From contig CAAGGA010000125.1 in the NCBI GenBank assembly GCA_900769275.1, positions 1 through 62,137 on the forward strand: 62,137 nt of DNA, in the 5' to 3' direction. The notes under the pieces were generated by a model, which had not been told where the DNA came from, searched no databases, and saw only the letters and a list, made by a program, of their open reading frames with translations. Made by a program: the position numbers and the translations under genes. Below, piece by piece: positions 29,657 to 39,595 of the stretch. How positions within the stretch are numbered: position 1 is the stretch's first letter; each line of letters opens with the position of its first letter. The DNA is from an uncultured Prevotella sp. Its GTDB lineage: Bacteria > Bacteroidota > Bacteroidia > Bacteroidales > Bacteroidaceae.

Positions 29657-31300
29657 TCAGAGCTTGAAGCCTAAGGTCATCAGGAATTGATGGCGTTCGT
29701 TCTTTACCTCTGTTGCACCGGGATTGCTTGTTATGCCGTTTGAGGAGAGAGCCTCCATAGGGTAGAAATCACCTTTTTGCGTAGAGAACTGATAGGCGAC
29801 GTCTATATTGAAGTTGGAGAAAGAATAGCCAATGCCACAGGTGATGCGATGGGTGTCTTTCCAATTGACGTAGTCTGTGGTGGACATATAGTAGCATCCG
29901 TCTGCGTCAAGGCAGGAACTGCGTACGCCGTTTTTCTTGTACATCGGAGATACGTAGTTATATCCTGCTCGAAGAGAGAGTTCGGGGCTGACTTTTGCCT
30001 CAGCACCTAATTTGACTGTATGGACACCCTTGAGACTCTCTTTCGTGTTGCTGTTCATGTATTTGTCCGACTCGGATTCAATGTCATAGTTTCCGTAGAA
30101 GTCATCGTAATATTCGTCTGTGATGATACGGTTGTCGATGGTACTGTAATCCGCATATTCGTATGACAGACCGAGGGCAAGGTCCTGACCGACAGTATGA
30201 CCGAGTGACAGTCCGAATTTCCATGGAGTGTACATCTTGTATTTGATGCTTTCGCTTGACTTGCCGTTGTCATATAGTCCGAACGGAGTGTTGTTGGCTA
30301 TGGTGGTATAGTTGCTTGAAGTAAGGGTGTACCATGTCGGTGTAGCCACGCTCAGACCGATACGGAAAGGATTCTCTTCGATAGGACAGAAGATGATGCC
30401 GCCTTTGACGTCAAAGCCGTATCCGTCAATATCTCTGTCATCCACGGTGAAGACATCGCCGGCAGCAACATCGTTGCGACTGCTCACGAGGTTTTCGCGG
30501 TAGGCGGAGGTGTGACGGTAGTTCACGTCTTTGATGCCGAGGGTGAATCCCCAGAATATCCTGTCACGGCAGTTGCCGCTGACGTTGATGTCGTATTCTC
30601 CGATATATCCCTTCTGGTCGCGGGCAAAGGCAAAGTCAGAGCCGTCGTTATACCCGTAAACGAACTCTCCGTTCTCGTCCTCTTCGGCAAGGAGTGCGTT
30701 CCACTGCATGTAATCTACCTGAGAGAAATTGCGGGAGGTATAGTCAGACCTCTCATCGTCATAGCCGATTAACTCGTTGTTCCTGTTGAGGTCAATGAAG
30801 TATCCGCCGTTGTTGCTGCTGCCCCGCAGGGCCTTGATGTAGGCATTCTTGCCTTGGGAAGCACCGTTGAGTCTGCCTATCAGGGAAAGCACCTGATTGA
30901 AGTTGCGGCTTTTGTGATAGTTGAAACCCACATTTACGTAACTGTCGGAACGACCGTCGTTGAGAGAAATGACAAAGCCCGCCTGGTCAAAGCTCACGGG
31001 TGTCTTGCTGTCAGCTCCCCAGTTCCCGAGTTGTTTGAGGTAGCCGCCTTGTACAGGTGAATGGGTAAGCCCGAAACTTACTGAGCCTACTGACTTTCTG
31101 AACAGTCCTATACCGGCAGGATTGGTTCCCATGGTAGATATGTCTGCACCGAGAGCCTCCATAGCTCCGCCCATGCCTACGTATCGTGCGGTACCGTTAA
31201 GGTCTTCTGTTGCCACGGTTGCGCTTTCGTATGTCTCCTGAGCCATTACGGGCAAGGATAATGCTGTCAAAATGACAACGGATAAGTGTCTTGTATTCAT
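29657..31300 (-). CDS. FadL/OmpP1-like outer membrane transporter
   Basis: N-terminal GTARYVGMGGAMEALGADIS...NPAGIG motif; beta-barrel C-terminus. Confidence 0.8.
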   Translation of the reverse strand: MNTRHLSVVILTALSLPVMAQETYESATVATEDLNGTARYVGMGGAMEALGADISTMGTNPAGIGLFRKSVGSVSFGLTHSPVQGGYLKQLGNWGADSKTPVSFDQAGFVISLNDGRSDSYVNVGFNYHKSRNFNQVLSLIGRLNGASQGKNAYIKALRGSSNNGGYFIDLNRNNELIGYDDERSDYTSRNFSQVDYMQWNALLAEEDENGEFVYGYNDGSDFAFARDQKGYIGEYDINVSGNCRDRIFWGFTLGIKDVNYRHTSAYRENLVSSRNDVAAGDVFTVDDRDIDGYGFDVKGGIIFCPIEENPFRIGLSVATPTWYTLTSSNYTTIANNTPFGLYDNGKSSESIKYKMYTPWKFGLSLGHTVGQDLALGLSYEYADYSTIDNRIITDEYYDDFYGNYDIESESDKYMNSNTKESLKGVHTVKLGAEAKVSPELSLRAGYNYVSPMYKKNGVRSSCLDADGCYYMSTTDYVNWKDTHRITCGIGYSFSNFNIDVAYQFSTQKGDFYPMEALSSNGITSNPGATEVKNERHQFLMTLGFKL

Positions 31301-31336
31301 ATCGTTGTTCTGTTTGTTTTCGTTTGTATCATGATG

Positions 31337-32278
31337 TTATCGTCTTCCCCCGAAGCTGCCGCCCCCTCGTGAACCGCCGCCTCCGCTGAAGCCTGCACCG
31401 CCTCGTGAACCTCCTGAGAAACTGCTGCCAGAGAATGACGCGCTCCTGTTGCTGAAGCTAGATGGAGCGGAATAGGAATTATTCGTGTTGGGGGAATAGT
31501 TCCTGCGACCGGAGAAGTTTCCGCTTCTGGAGGTCAGGGTATTGTGTATCTGCCCTCTGACATTGGACTCGTTCTGTACGCCGCGGGCTATGCTGTGGGC
31601 ATTCGATGAGACATTGCGCCTCGGTGACAGCGTGCCGTGATTTCTTGTTCCGGCATATCCACGGTAAATGCCGCTGACGTAATGGGGATAGTGTCCCCAA
31701 TGTCCTGTGTGCCAATACCATGGGTCGTTCCAATACCAGGAATGATGCCAATACCATGGGTCATTCCAGTAGAAAGAATAGTTCCAGTACCACGGGTCGT
31801 TCCAATACCAATATGAACTCCTGTAAACCCATGGACTGCAGAACCATGGACTGCCTGCCCAATATGGATAACAATAGTCGTCGTAGGCCATCATCCTGCG
31901 TGAGTACTTGAAATCCTCGTCCGCATCATATTCGTATTGACGAGAGTGCTGCACGTAACTTGTGCCTACACTGTCGTTACCGATGGAATCGGGATATGTG
32001 CCATCACCGGGAATGAAAGATATTATGTCATTGCCCAAAGTGTCGGAGTCGATAACCTCATAATGGGATGAAAATGCACCGCGTCGGTTGTATTCATCCA
32101 CATCACAGTCTCTGCCGCAGTAGAATGTCTCCTGACGGTCATTCAGCATATAGCGTTGTCCTATATGCTTCTGTTCGTTTGTCTTCTTCTTGCCCGGAGT
32201 GAAATAGAGGTCATCCTGTGCAGACGTCATTGTCGGAACAAGAACTGCGGACAGCAAGATTATAATGTACTTTCTCAT
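31337..32278 (-). CDS. Secreted hypothetical protein with Trp/Tyr-rich repeats and a Gly/Ser/Arg-rich tail
   Basis: Signal peptide then QDDLYF; YWNDPWYW x3; tail ends GGGSRGGGSFGGRR. Confidence 0.75.
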   Translation of the reverse strand: MRKYIIILLSAVLVPTMTSAQDDLYFTPGKKKTNEQKHIGQRYMLNDRQETFYCGRDCDVDEYNRRGAFSSHYEVIDSDTLGNDIISFIPGDGTYPDSIGNDSVGTSYVQHSRQYEYDADEDFKYSRRMMAYDDYCYPYWAGSPWFCSPWVYRSSYWYWNDPWYWNYSFYWNDPWYWHHSWYWNDPWYWHTGHWGHYPHYVSGIYRGYAGTRNHGTLSPRRNVSSNAHSIARGVQNESNVRGQIHNTLTSRSGNFSGRRNYSPNTNNSYSAPSSFSNRSASFSGSSFSGGSRGGAGFSGGGGSRGGGSFGGRR

Positions 32279-32781
32279 GTTTTTCTCCTCTCTTATTTTT
32301 TTTTCTATGTGGTTTATGACTGCAAAATTAGAACTATAATCTGTCTCAGGAAATGGAAAATCCCTAATCGCTGGTAGGTTTTTCCCTATTCTTCGTCAAT
32401 CTCGGGTTCTCTGTGTCTGCAAAATTACAGTAATTAGATGTAACGGCAAAGAAAATAATGTTAAAAAATAACAAGTTCGGATTTGCCTATGCTGCCCTAA
32501 TGACATTGGTGAAAAATGTGCGTGACGTGCTGTTTGCGTGGTTATACCCTGACAGGAGGAGTGTTAATGTCACTTGCAGGTGACCATGCCGGATGGAAAT
32601 ATTGAACATAATGAAATATAATATGAATAGTGATATTCCAAAGAAAATTACTACCTTTGCATCCGAAATTGGGAACAGAATATAATATGCTTGCGCTTCA
32701 ACTGTCACGGTATGGTCAGGTATGGCAGGCTGGGCGTTCAAAATTTTTTTTCGTAATATAGTCAGAAAAAATGTATATCAG

Positions 32782-34101
32782 ATGAAAAGACTTTTTTTTG
32801 TTTGTTTCGGTCTCACGATAATCACCGGTATTCAGGCACAGGAGACCCTGACACTTACCCAGTGTCTTCAGATGGCTGTGGAGAACAACCTGTCATTGAA
32901 GGGTGCACGTAATGAGATTGCCAAGGGAAAGCATAATATCAGCGAGAATCAGGCTAAGATGCTTCCTCAGGTCAATGCAGTCGTACAGTTGAATGATAAC
33001 TTTACGCCTCCCGTATCAGTCACGGACGGCACGCAATACGGCAAACTGTACAATGTGACAAAGACACTACAGTACAATGCTTCGGCGGGACTGCAGTTGC
33101 AGATGCCCCTCTACAACCAAATGTTGCGTACTGCCGTGGATATCTCACGCACGATGGACAGGCTCACGCAACTTTCTTACGAGAAAAGTCGTGAAGACCT
33201 TATCATGCAGACTGCTAAGATGTATTATATGGCTCAGAATACTCTTGAACAGATAAGACTCGTTAATGACAACATTCAGAGGCTTGTGGAGCTAAGGGAC
33301 ATAACGCAGGCATTCTATGACAATCAGATGAGCCTTGAGGTTGACGTGAAGCGTGTGAACTTCAACATTGAGAACCTTACTGCCCAGCGCGACAACGCTC
33401 TCGCCATGCTTGACCAGCAGTATATCATGCTCAAATACGTCATCGACTATCCTGCCGACAAGGAAATCAGGGTTACGGACGTAAATCCCGGCAGTATCGA
33501 GGACGCAGCACTTGAGGGACTGAGTTCCAATCTCTATGAACTGCAGCTTCTGGAGCAGAAAAGAGTCTTGGCTGGGCAGCAGACAAAGCTCGCCAAGGAG
33601 GGCTATCTTCCGTCAATAAGCCTTACGGGAAGCCTTATGTATTCCGCCTATACTGACAAGGTAGAACATTGGTTCCATGCCGGAGAGTCCAACCACTGGT
33701 ATGGCTCCAACGGTCTCGGCATACAGGTGAGAGTCCCGGTCTTTGACGGTTTTGAGAAGAGGTCAAAAATCAGGAAAGCAAAGATTGATGAGGAGAATGC
33801 AAGGATAGGCTATGAAGACGGGCTGAAAGGGTTGCAGGCCAATTACATGAATGCTGTGAGCGAGATGAACAACAGTAGGCGTAATTATGTGAGGCAGTGG
33901 GATAACTACAAACTGGCACAGGACGTATATTCCGTCACCGCCGACCAATACAAGGAGGGAGTAGCCTCGATGACTACTGTGCTTCAGGATGAAATGAAAA
34001 TCAGCGAGGCCATGAACAATTACCTTAACGCCTACTATAATTATAAGGTGGCGAACCTCTCCCTGCTCAAACTGACGGGCAATCTTGAGAAATTGAAGTA
34101 A
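32782..34101 (+). CDS. TolC family outer membrane efflux protein
   Basis: Signal peptide; motifs LTLTQCLQMAVENN, YLPSISL and VPVFDGF. Confidence 0.9.
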   Translation: MKRLFFVCFGLTIITGIQAQETLTLTQCLQMAVENNLSLKGARNEIAKGKHNISENQAKMLPQVNAVVQLNDNFTPPVSVTDGTQYGKLYNVTKTLQYNASAGLQLQMPLYNQMLRTAVDISRTMDRLTQLSYEKSREDLIMQTAKMYYMAQNTLEQIRLVNDNIQRLVELRDITQAFYDNQMSLEVDVKRVNFNIENLTAQRDNALAMLDQQYIMLKYVIDYPADKEIRVTDVNPGSIEDAALEGLSSNLYELQLLEQKRVLAGQQTKLAKEGYLPSISLTGSLMYSAYTDKVEHWFHAGESNHWYGSNGLGIQVRVPVFDGFEKRSKIRKAKIDEENARIGYEDGLKGLQANYMNAVSEMNNSRRNYVRQWDNYKLAQDVYSVTADQYKEGVASMTTVLQDEMKISEAMNNYLNAYYNYKVANLSLLKLTGNLEKLK

Positions 34102-34137
34102 GCGACACACATCAATCATACAAAAATATTACACAAT

Positions 34138-35262
34138 ATGAATAACTATAACAAGGAGAAACCCGATATGGAAAACAAAGAAATGGAAACAACTGGTACG
34201 ACACATGAGGAAACGGCAAAGAAACTGAAGAAGCAGAGAGGACGCCAGCTTGTGGCAAGCCTTATAGGTATTACCATCCTCATTGCAGGACTATGGAAAG
34301 TAATAACCCTCTTCCTCGACTATAACAATCATGAGACCAGTAACGATGCGCAGATAGAGCAGTATATCTCGCCAATCAACCTCCGTGCCTCCGGATACAT
34401 CTCCAAGGTCTGCTTTCAGGAGCATCAGGAAGTGCATAAGGGCGACACGCTCCTCATATTGGATGACCGCGAGTACCGCATACGCCTGATGGAGGCAGAA
34501 GCCGCCTTAAAGGATGCCAAGGCCGGAGCAACCCAGATAGATGCTACAGAGCAGACAACGGCAACGTCCGCTTCCATCTACTCGGCTTCCATCGCTGAGA
34601 TAGAGGTAAGGCTGGCAAAACTTGCCAAGGACTGTGAGCGTTATCGCAATCTTGTGGAGAAAAAAGCCGCCACGCCTATTCAGTTGGAGCAACTTGAGGT
34701 AGAGTATGCAGCAACAAAGAAGAAACTGGATGCCACGAAAAGACAGCAGGATGCCGCATATAAGGGCGTGCACGAGGTAAGCACGAGAAAGGCAAGCGTT
34801 GCTGCTGCCATTGAGCGTGCCGAAGCTGCCCTGGAGATGGCAAGGCTGAATCTGTCATACTGTGTCGTAGTAGCTCCGTGTGACGGCAAACTCGGCAGAC
34901 GTTCCATTGAGGAGGGACAGATGGTAAACGCAGGAACTACCATAACCTATATCGTTCCAGACAACAGGAAATGGGTCATAGCAAACTATAAGGAGACACA
35001 GATAGAAAACCTCTTCATCGGTCAGAAAGTACGCATGACCGTTGACGCAATAAGCGACAAGGAGTTTGAGGGCACCGTAACCGCCATTTCCGGTGCTACG
35101 GGTTCCAAGTATTCCCTTGTACCGACCGACAATTCTGCCGGCAACTTCGTGAAGATACAGCAGCGTGTACCGGTAAGAATAGATTTCAACAATATCAGCA
35201 AGGAGGACAATGCACGGCTTGCTGCAGGAATGATGGTAATCGTTAAAGCAGAGAGGAAATAG
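34138..35262 (+). CDS. HlyD/EmrA family membrane fusion protein
   Basis: Motif ATGSKYSLVPTDNSAGNFVKIQQRVPVRI; start may be 34168. Confidence 0.92.
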   Translation: MNNYNKEKPDMENKEMETTGTTHEETAKKLKKQRGRQLVASLIGITILIAGLWKVITLFLDYNNHETSNDAQIEQYISPINLRASGYISKVCFQEHQEVHKGDTLLILDDREYRIRLMEAEAALKDAKAGATQIDATEQTTATSASIYSASIAEIEVRLAKLAKDCERYRNLVEKKAATPIQLEQLEVEYAATKKKLDATKRQQDAAYKGVHEVSTRKASVAAAIERAEAALEMARLNLSYCVVVAPCDGKLGRRSIEEGQMVNAGTTITYIVPDNRKWVIANYKETQIENLFIGQKVRMTVDAISDKEFEGTVTAISGATGSKYSLVPTDNSAGNFVKIQQRVPVRIDFNNISKEDNARLAAGMMVIVKAERK

Positions 35263-35266
35263 CAAT

Positions 35267-36961
35267 ATGCCTCATAATCCGAAAAACTATCCTTTTTACA
35301 ACTGGGTGCCGAAACCCTTGGGCATTATCTTCATGATAATACTCTTCGTTCCGATGATAACGATGAGCGGAGTGTACTCCGCCAACAGCGGAGAGATGAT
35401 AAGCGGACTCGGCATACAGTCGGAATACATAGCCTTTGCAGGGTTCTGCACGTCGGTAGGAATGGCAGCCTTCTCGCCTTTCTTCTATGACCTCGTCTGC
35501 CTGAGGCGAGAGAAGATGATGTGCATGATAGGCTTTTCAATGCTGTTCCTGCTCAGTTATGTATGTGCGAAGACGGACTCGCTCTTCATACTCGGGCTTT
35601 GCAGCCTCTTGATGGGCTTCGTCCGTCAGGTATTGCTTATGGCGCATCTCTTCGTCCTTATCAAGTACGCTTTCGGCATCGAAGCCACCCGTAACCTCAC
35701 TCCCGGGCTGGAACCCAGAACGGAAGAGGGATGGGATGCCCTTGACAAGGAAAAGACAGTCTCCATGCCGACCGTATATCTCTTCTTCATGATAATCGGA
35801 CAGCTCGGCACGTGGCTGACAGCATGGCTCGCCTATGCCTATGAATGGCAGTACGTCTATTATTTCATGATGGCATTCATGCTTGCCGGTATCATCATCG
35901 TGTTCTTCACGATGCCTTACCACAAGTATCCCATGCCAAAGTTCCCGATTACCATGTCCAAGTTCGGAAACGTGACCGTCTTCTGCATCATGCTGTGTTC
36001 GTTCATATATATAATGGTGTTCGGCAAGACTCTGGACTGGTTCTATGACGAGACGATAAGGATTGCTGCCGTCTTCTGCGTCGTCTTCACCCTGCTGTTC
36101 ATCTACCTTGAGAAGTCACGCAAGTCGCCGTATTTCCTTTTGGAGGCCTTTTCCGTCAGGACAATCATATATGGAATACTCCTCTTCATCGCCCTGATGT
36201 TTTTCAATTCCAGTGCCATGTTCGTCAACGTATATACAAGTCTGGGAATGAAGATAGATAACTGGCAGAGTGCTTCGCTCGGCAACTGGGTCATGCTGGG
36301 TTATTTCATCGGACTTGTCGTCACGGTCTATGCCAACAACAAGGGAGTACACCTGAAGTATCTCTTTGCCCTCGGCTTCCTCCTTATAGGAGCGTATGCC
36401 ATGTTCATGTATTTTGAAGTGCAGAATGACGGCATGTATGAGAGAATGAAATGGCCCGTAGTGATACGAGCCACCGGAATGATGCTCATATATTCCCTTA
36501 CTGCCGTCTATGCCAACCAGAGGATGCCGTACAGGCTGATGTCCACATGGGTGTGCATCATGCTTACCGTACGTATGATTGTCGGTCCGGGAATAGGCTC
36601 GGCAGTATATGCCAACGTTCTTCAGGAACGCCAGCAATACTATGTCACACGATATGCACATGATTTCGACCGTACCTCGCCGGAGACGGCTACTTCCTAC
36701 GAACAGACGGTAAGAGGCATGAAATATCAAGGCAGGAGCGATGCTGAGGCAGAGAATATGGCGGCAATGTCACTGAAAGGAAAAGTGCAGGTGCAGGCCA
36801 CGCTGAGCGCAATAAAGGAAATGGCGGGATGGACCATTTACGGCTGTGCCGCCTGCGTCTTGGTAGTACTTCTCGTCCCATGGAAGAAGCGTCGCCTTGA
36901 AGAGTTGACAGACGAATATCTGATGAAGAACGTTGATGTCAGGAAACTTGGGGTGCGGTAG
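35267..36961 (+). CDS. EmrB-like MFS efflux transporter
   Basis: About 14 hydrophobic segments; follows the TolC and HlyD genes. Confidence 0.8.
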   Translation: MPHNPKNYPFYNWVPKPLGIIFMIILFVPMITMSGVYSANSGEMISGLGIQSEYIAFAGFCTSVGMAAFSPFFYDLVCLRREKMMCMIGFSMLFLLSYVCAKTDSLFILGLCSLLMGFVRQVLLMAHLFVLIKYAFGIEATRNLTPGLEPRTEEGWDALDKEKTVSMPTVYLFFMIIGQLGTWLTAWLAYAYEWQYVYYFMMAFMLAGIIIVFFTMPYHKYPMPKFPITMSKFGNVTVFCIMLCSFIYIMVFGKTLDWFYDETIRIAAVFCVVFTLLFIYLEKSRKSPYFLLEAFSVRTIIYGILLFIALMFFNSSAMFVNVYTSLGMKIDNWQSASLGNWVMLGYFIGLVVTVYANNKGVHLKYLFALGFLLIGAYAMFMYFEVQNDGMYERMKWPVVIRATGMMLIYSLTAVYANQRMPYRLMSTWVCIMLTVRMIVGPGIGSAVYANVLQERQQYYVTRYAHDFDRTSPETATSYEQTVRGMKYQGRSDAEAENMAAMSLKGKVQVQATLSAIKEMAGWTIYGCAACVLVVLLVPWKKRRLEELTDEYLMKNVDVRKLGVR

Positions 36962-37039
36962 CATGAATCTGCACCTTGCAAGACCTGACTGTCAGCGGAA
37001 ATTCGGAACAAAAAGAATAGTACAAAAACAAATGACAGA

Positions 37040-37216
37040 ATAGGACAAAACAATACCATTGATATTGCACTGCAAAAGCGGCGCTATTACAATGCAAAAG
37101 CGTTGATATTACAGGGTAAAAGCTATGCTTTTGTACCGTAATATCAACGCTTTTGTATTTTTGTTGATTATCAGATAGTTGTGTAAGGTGTATGATGAGG
37201 TGTGAATAGGACAAAA
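37040..37216 (-). repeat. 177-bp dispersed element, copy B
   Basis: ATAGGACAAAA at 37040 and 37206; AAAAGC at 37074, 37096 and 37118 (22-bp period). Confidence 0.75.
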
Positions 37217-37252
37217 TGCTCATTGGCATGTTGCGACACCCTCTTGGTGTTC

Positions 37253-38224
37253 TTATTCTTTGTTGACCTTATATACTATTCTGAAGGAACCTTCATTATA
37301 ACTCGTACTTGTGATTTTGAAAGAACCAATTTCTTTGGTGGATGCTACATGATTGCCGATGCAGGCGCAAATATCGTAGTCGCCAATGCGAACTATGCGT
37401 AACGTCTCGCTGGCGTCATTTGGCAGTTTGTCGAGAACTACACCTCCAGGAAGATTGTCATGCGTTACGAACTCGAATGTAACGGGCAGGTCTTGTGCTA
37501 TCAGGTCGTTCATTCTTCTTTCTATCTCTGCCACTTGTTCTGTTGTGGGACAAGAGGGTAGGGTGTAGTTGATTTTTGACTTCTTGCGCTCGATGTGTGC
37601 ATTCTTTGAACGCTCGCATCCGAACATTCTTATCATGGTCTGATTCAGCAGGTGTTCTGCAGTATGGGCTGGAGCGTGCTCGTCTTTGTTATGTCGGTTG
37701 AGTATAGGAGTTTCTTCCATATTGTTTGATACTTTAGTTAAATGTAGGTTCAATTTATTCTTATCTTGCTTCAAGATAGTGGTTTCGTAAATAAGGTAGT
37801 GGCTTTCTTGCATCCCCAGAGACGCATAGACTTTCTGCCCACTGGTGTTTGTCTTGTCAACATACAACCGCACCTGTGCTACGTTCTGCTGCCTGGCATC
37901 CTCACATACAGCATTATACATTGATTTGTATATGCCTTGTCTGCGATAGTCAGGTGCTACATAGACACTCTGAATCCACCAGTACCAACCATTATTCCAG
38001 TCGCTCCATTCACGTGTGACCATAAGACTTCCAACGGCTTCTCCTTCGACTCTGGCTACGTAATAGCAGCCTTTATTTTCATCGTCCATGGCTGCTGCCA
38101 CACCTTTGAGTACGGTTTCCTTGTCAAGTTGCGTGTCTTCGGACTCTATAGCCATATCAACCTGAAATTGGGCAATAATCTCTATATCCGTTGTTTGCCC
38201 TTTTGTAATTGTTACTGCCAGCAT
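37253..38224 (-). CDS. GNAT acetyltransferase fused in frame to an AlaX-like (tRNA synthetase editing-type) domain
   Basis: GNAT motif YVAPDYRRQGIY; editing motifs HTAEH and CIGNH after an internal MEETP. Confidence 0.75.
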   Translation of the reverse strand: MLAVTITKGQTTDIEIIAQFQVDMAIESEDTQLDKETVLKGVAAAMDDENKGCYYVARVEGEAVGSLMVTREWSDWNNGWYWWIQSVYVAPDYRRQGIYKSMYNAVCEDARQQNVAQVRLYVDKTNTSGQKVYASLGMQESHYLIYETTILKQDKNKLNLHLTKVSNNMEETPILNRHNKDEHAPAHTAEHLLNQTMIRMFGCERSKNAHIERKKSKINYTLPSCPTTEQVAEIERRMNDLIAQDLPVTFEFVTHDNLPGGVVLDKLPNDASETLRIVRIGDYDICACIGNHVASTKEIGSFKITSTSYNEGSFRIVYKVNKE

Positions 38225-38227
38225 ATT

Positions 38228-39010
38228 CTATAATTGTGGGATCTGAAAATTTCCACTTCTGATGAAATGAGGGTAAGCATATTCCCCATGATGTGGCGAA
38301 TATTCGAATCCTTCGTAAGAAAATGCTTTCAGTTCTTCGGGATTGGAAATCTGATTCTGGAGAATAAATCTTACCATAGCACCACGACATGACTTTGCCC
38401 ATACGGCTTGCATCTTTAGATTACCGTCGTGTTGACGAACATAGAAAAGAGGGTGAATGACCGTTACTTCTTCCATGACGCTCTTCCAGTCGAACAGATG
38501 CTCGTATTCCTCTGTAGAAAGATGCACGAGGATGCCATCGTCTTTTTTTACGCTATTGATGAGAACGTCGGTCAGTTTGTCTTTCCAATACTGATTGATG
38601 GGCTTATCGTGTGTGGCTTCAAGAGTGACACAATGCTCCATACGATAAGGCACGATGCCATCCATAGGGCGAAGCAAGCCGTAGAGGAAACACGTAATCC
38701 ATAGATGTTGTTGTCCAAACAGGAGAGCCTCTTCCGATAACGATTCTGCTCGCAGATGTTTGTATGCCTGACCATTGTACGCCATGATGGCAGGTCGCTT
38801 GTCGGCAACGTGGAAGTCCTGATAGCGTTTCCAGTTCTCTACTGCAAGTTTGCGACTACAATCCAACTGTCGGGCAAGCTCGTCGATGTTCATCTGAGCC
38901 ATCTCTGCAGCAAGGTTATTAGCCACAGATTGAAAGAGTGGGGCAGAGAGAGGTCCTCTTTTCTCCGCCTTATCAAACATTATCTTTGCGTTAGCAAGGA
39001 GTATCTGCAT
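38228..39010 (-). CDS. yaaA: YaaA/UPF0246 family protein
   Basis: Motifs PAIMAYNGQAY, LYGLLRPMDGIVPYRME and AKSCRGAMVRFI. Confidence 0.85.
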   Translation of the reverse strand: MQILLANAKIMFDKAEKRGPLSAPLFQSVANNLAAEMAQMNIDELARQLDCSRKLAVENWKRYQDFHVADKRPAIMAYNGQAYKHLRAESLSEEALLFGQQHLWITCFLYGLLRPMDGIVPYRMEHCVTLEATHDKPINQYWKDKLTDVLINSVKKDDGILVHLSTEEYEHLFDWKSVMEEVTVIHPLFYVRQHDGNLKMQAVWAKSCRGAMVRFILQNQISNPEELKAFSYEGFEYSPHHGEYAYPHFIRSGNFQIPQL

Positions 39011-39029
39011 GGAAATAATTCTTTATTCG

Positions 39030-39160
39030 TAAAAGGTAGCCACAATACTTCGCAAGCCGCCTGCAGTCTTTGACGATTGATGGCTTCTGCAATCTGGTCG
39101 GTAGTCATCCCGCCGCCCGCGTTGCACCATCACATATACTATGGCTTCTTCAATTCTCAT
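39030..39160 (-). pseudogene. Frameshifted remnant of a small HTH-like gene
   Basis: MRIEEAIVYVMVQR, frameshift, then GGMTTDQIAEAINRQRL; ATG is 2 nt after the 76-aa gene stop; 3' limit approximate. Confidence 0.45.
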
Positions 39161-39162
39161 AG

Positions 39163-39393
39163 TCAGTGAAGAGCGCAGCCTGATGGCTTGGTCTCCTCAC
39201 CTGCGACAGCATCTCCGGCATGTTTCTCGCTGAACTCTCTGTTTATGTCAGCAAGTTCCTTTAGTCCATAAATATAAACATCATACATGTCTGAGAAATC
39301 AACGCCTTCGCAGTCGCTGTCAGCTCCTAATGCTTCACGAACGATTTGGGCTCTTTCTGAAACTGTAGTGTCTTTTATCAATAATGATTTCAT
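39163..39393 (-). CDS. 76-aa hypothetical protein, copy 1
   Basis: 69/76 aa identical to 42604-42834; synonymous differences preserve the frame; TAATTTTG promoter at 39532-39539 (-). Confidence 0.8.
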   Translation of the reverse strand: MKSLLIKDTTVSERAQIVREALGADSDCEGVDFSDMYDVYIYGLKELADINREFSEKHAGDAVAGEETKPSGCALH

Positions 39394-39394
39394 A

Positions 39395-39514
39395 GTTGTG
39401 AGGTTCTAATGTTTTACTGAGGATTGTGAGGGATGATTGTAACTTCCGTAAAACCTCACAACCTCACAACCGTAAAACCTCACAACCTCACAACCGTAAA
39501 ACCTCACAACCGTA
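39395..39514. repeat. 30-bp core with 8-bp-unit arms, copy 2
   Basis: Core tgaggattgtgagggatgattgtaacttcc at 39418-39447, followed by aacctcac/aaccgtaa octamers. Confidence 0.8.
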
Positions 39515-39595
39515 TGATTGCAATCGTATTGCAAAATTACATAAAAATCCCGGATTACAAGCCAGTCGGGATAAGGAAATTACCATTTCTTTAGA

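Larger units (their letters stand above)
39154..39595 (-). repeat. Left arm of the ~440-bp inverted repeat
   Basis: Reverse-complement match to about 42409-42843, covering the promoter, 8-bp-arm element and 76-aa gene. Confidence 0.9.

Noticed and set aside
39426..39595. N-terminal RKTSQPHN repeats of the 235-aa ORF as a novel transposase domain
   Set aside because: This is the 8-bp repeat arm and promoter of the inverted repeat read in frame by chance, not IS110 sequence
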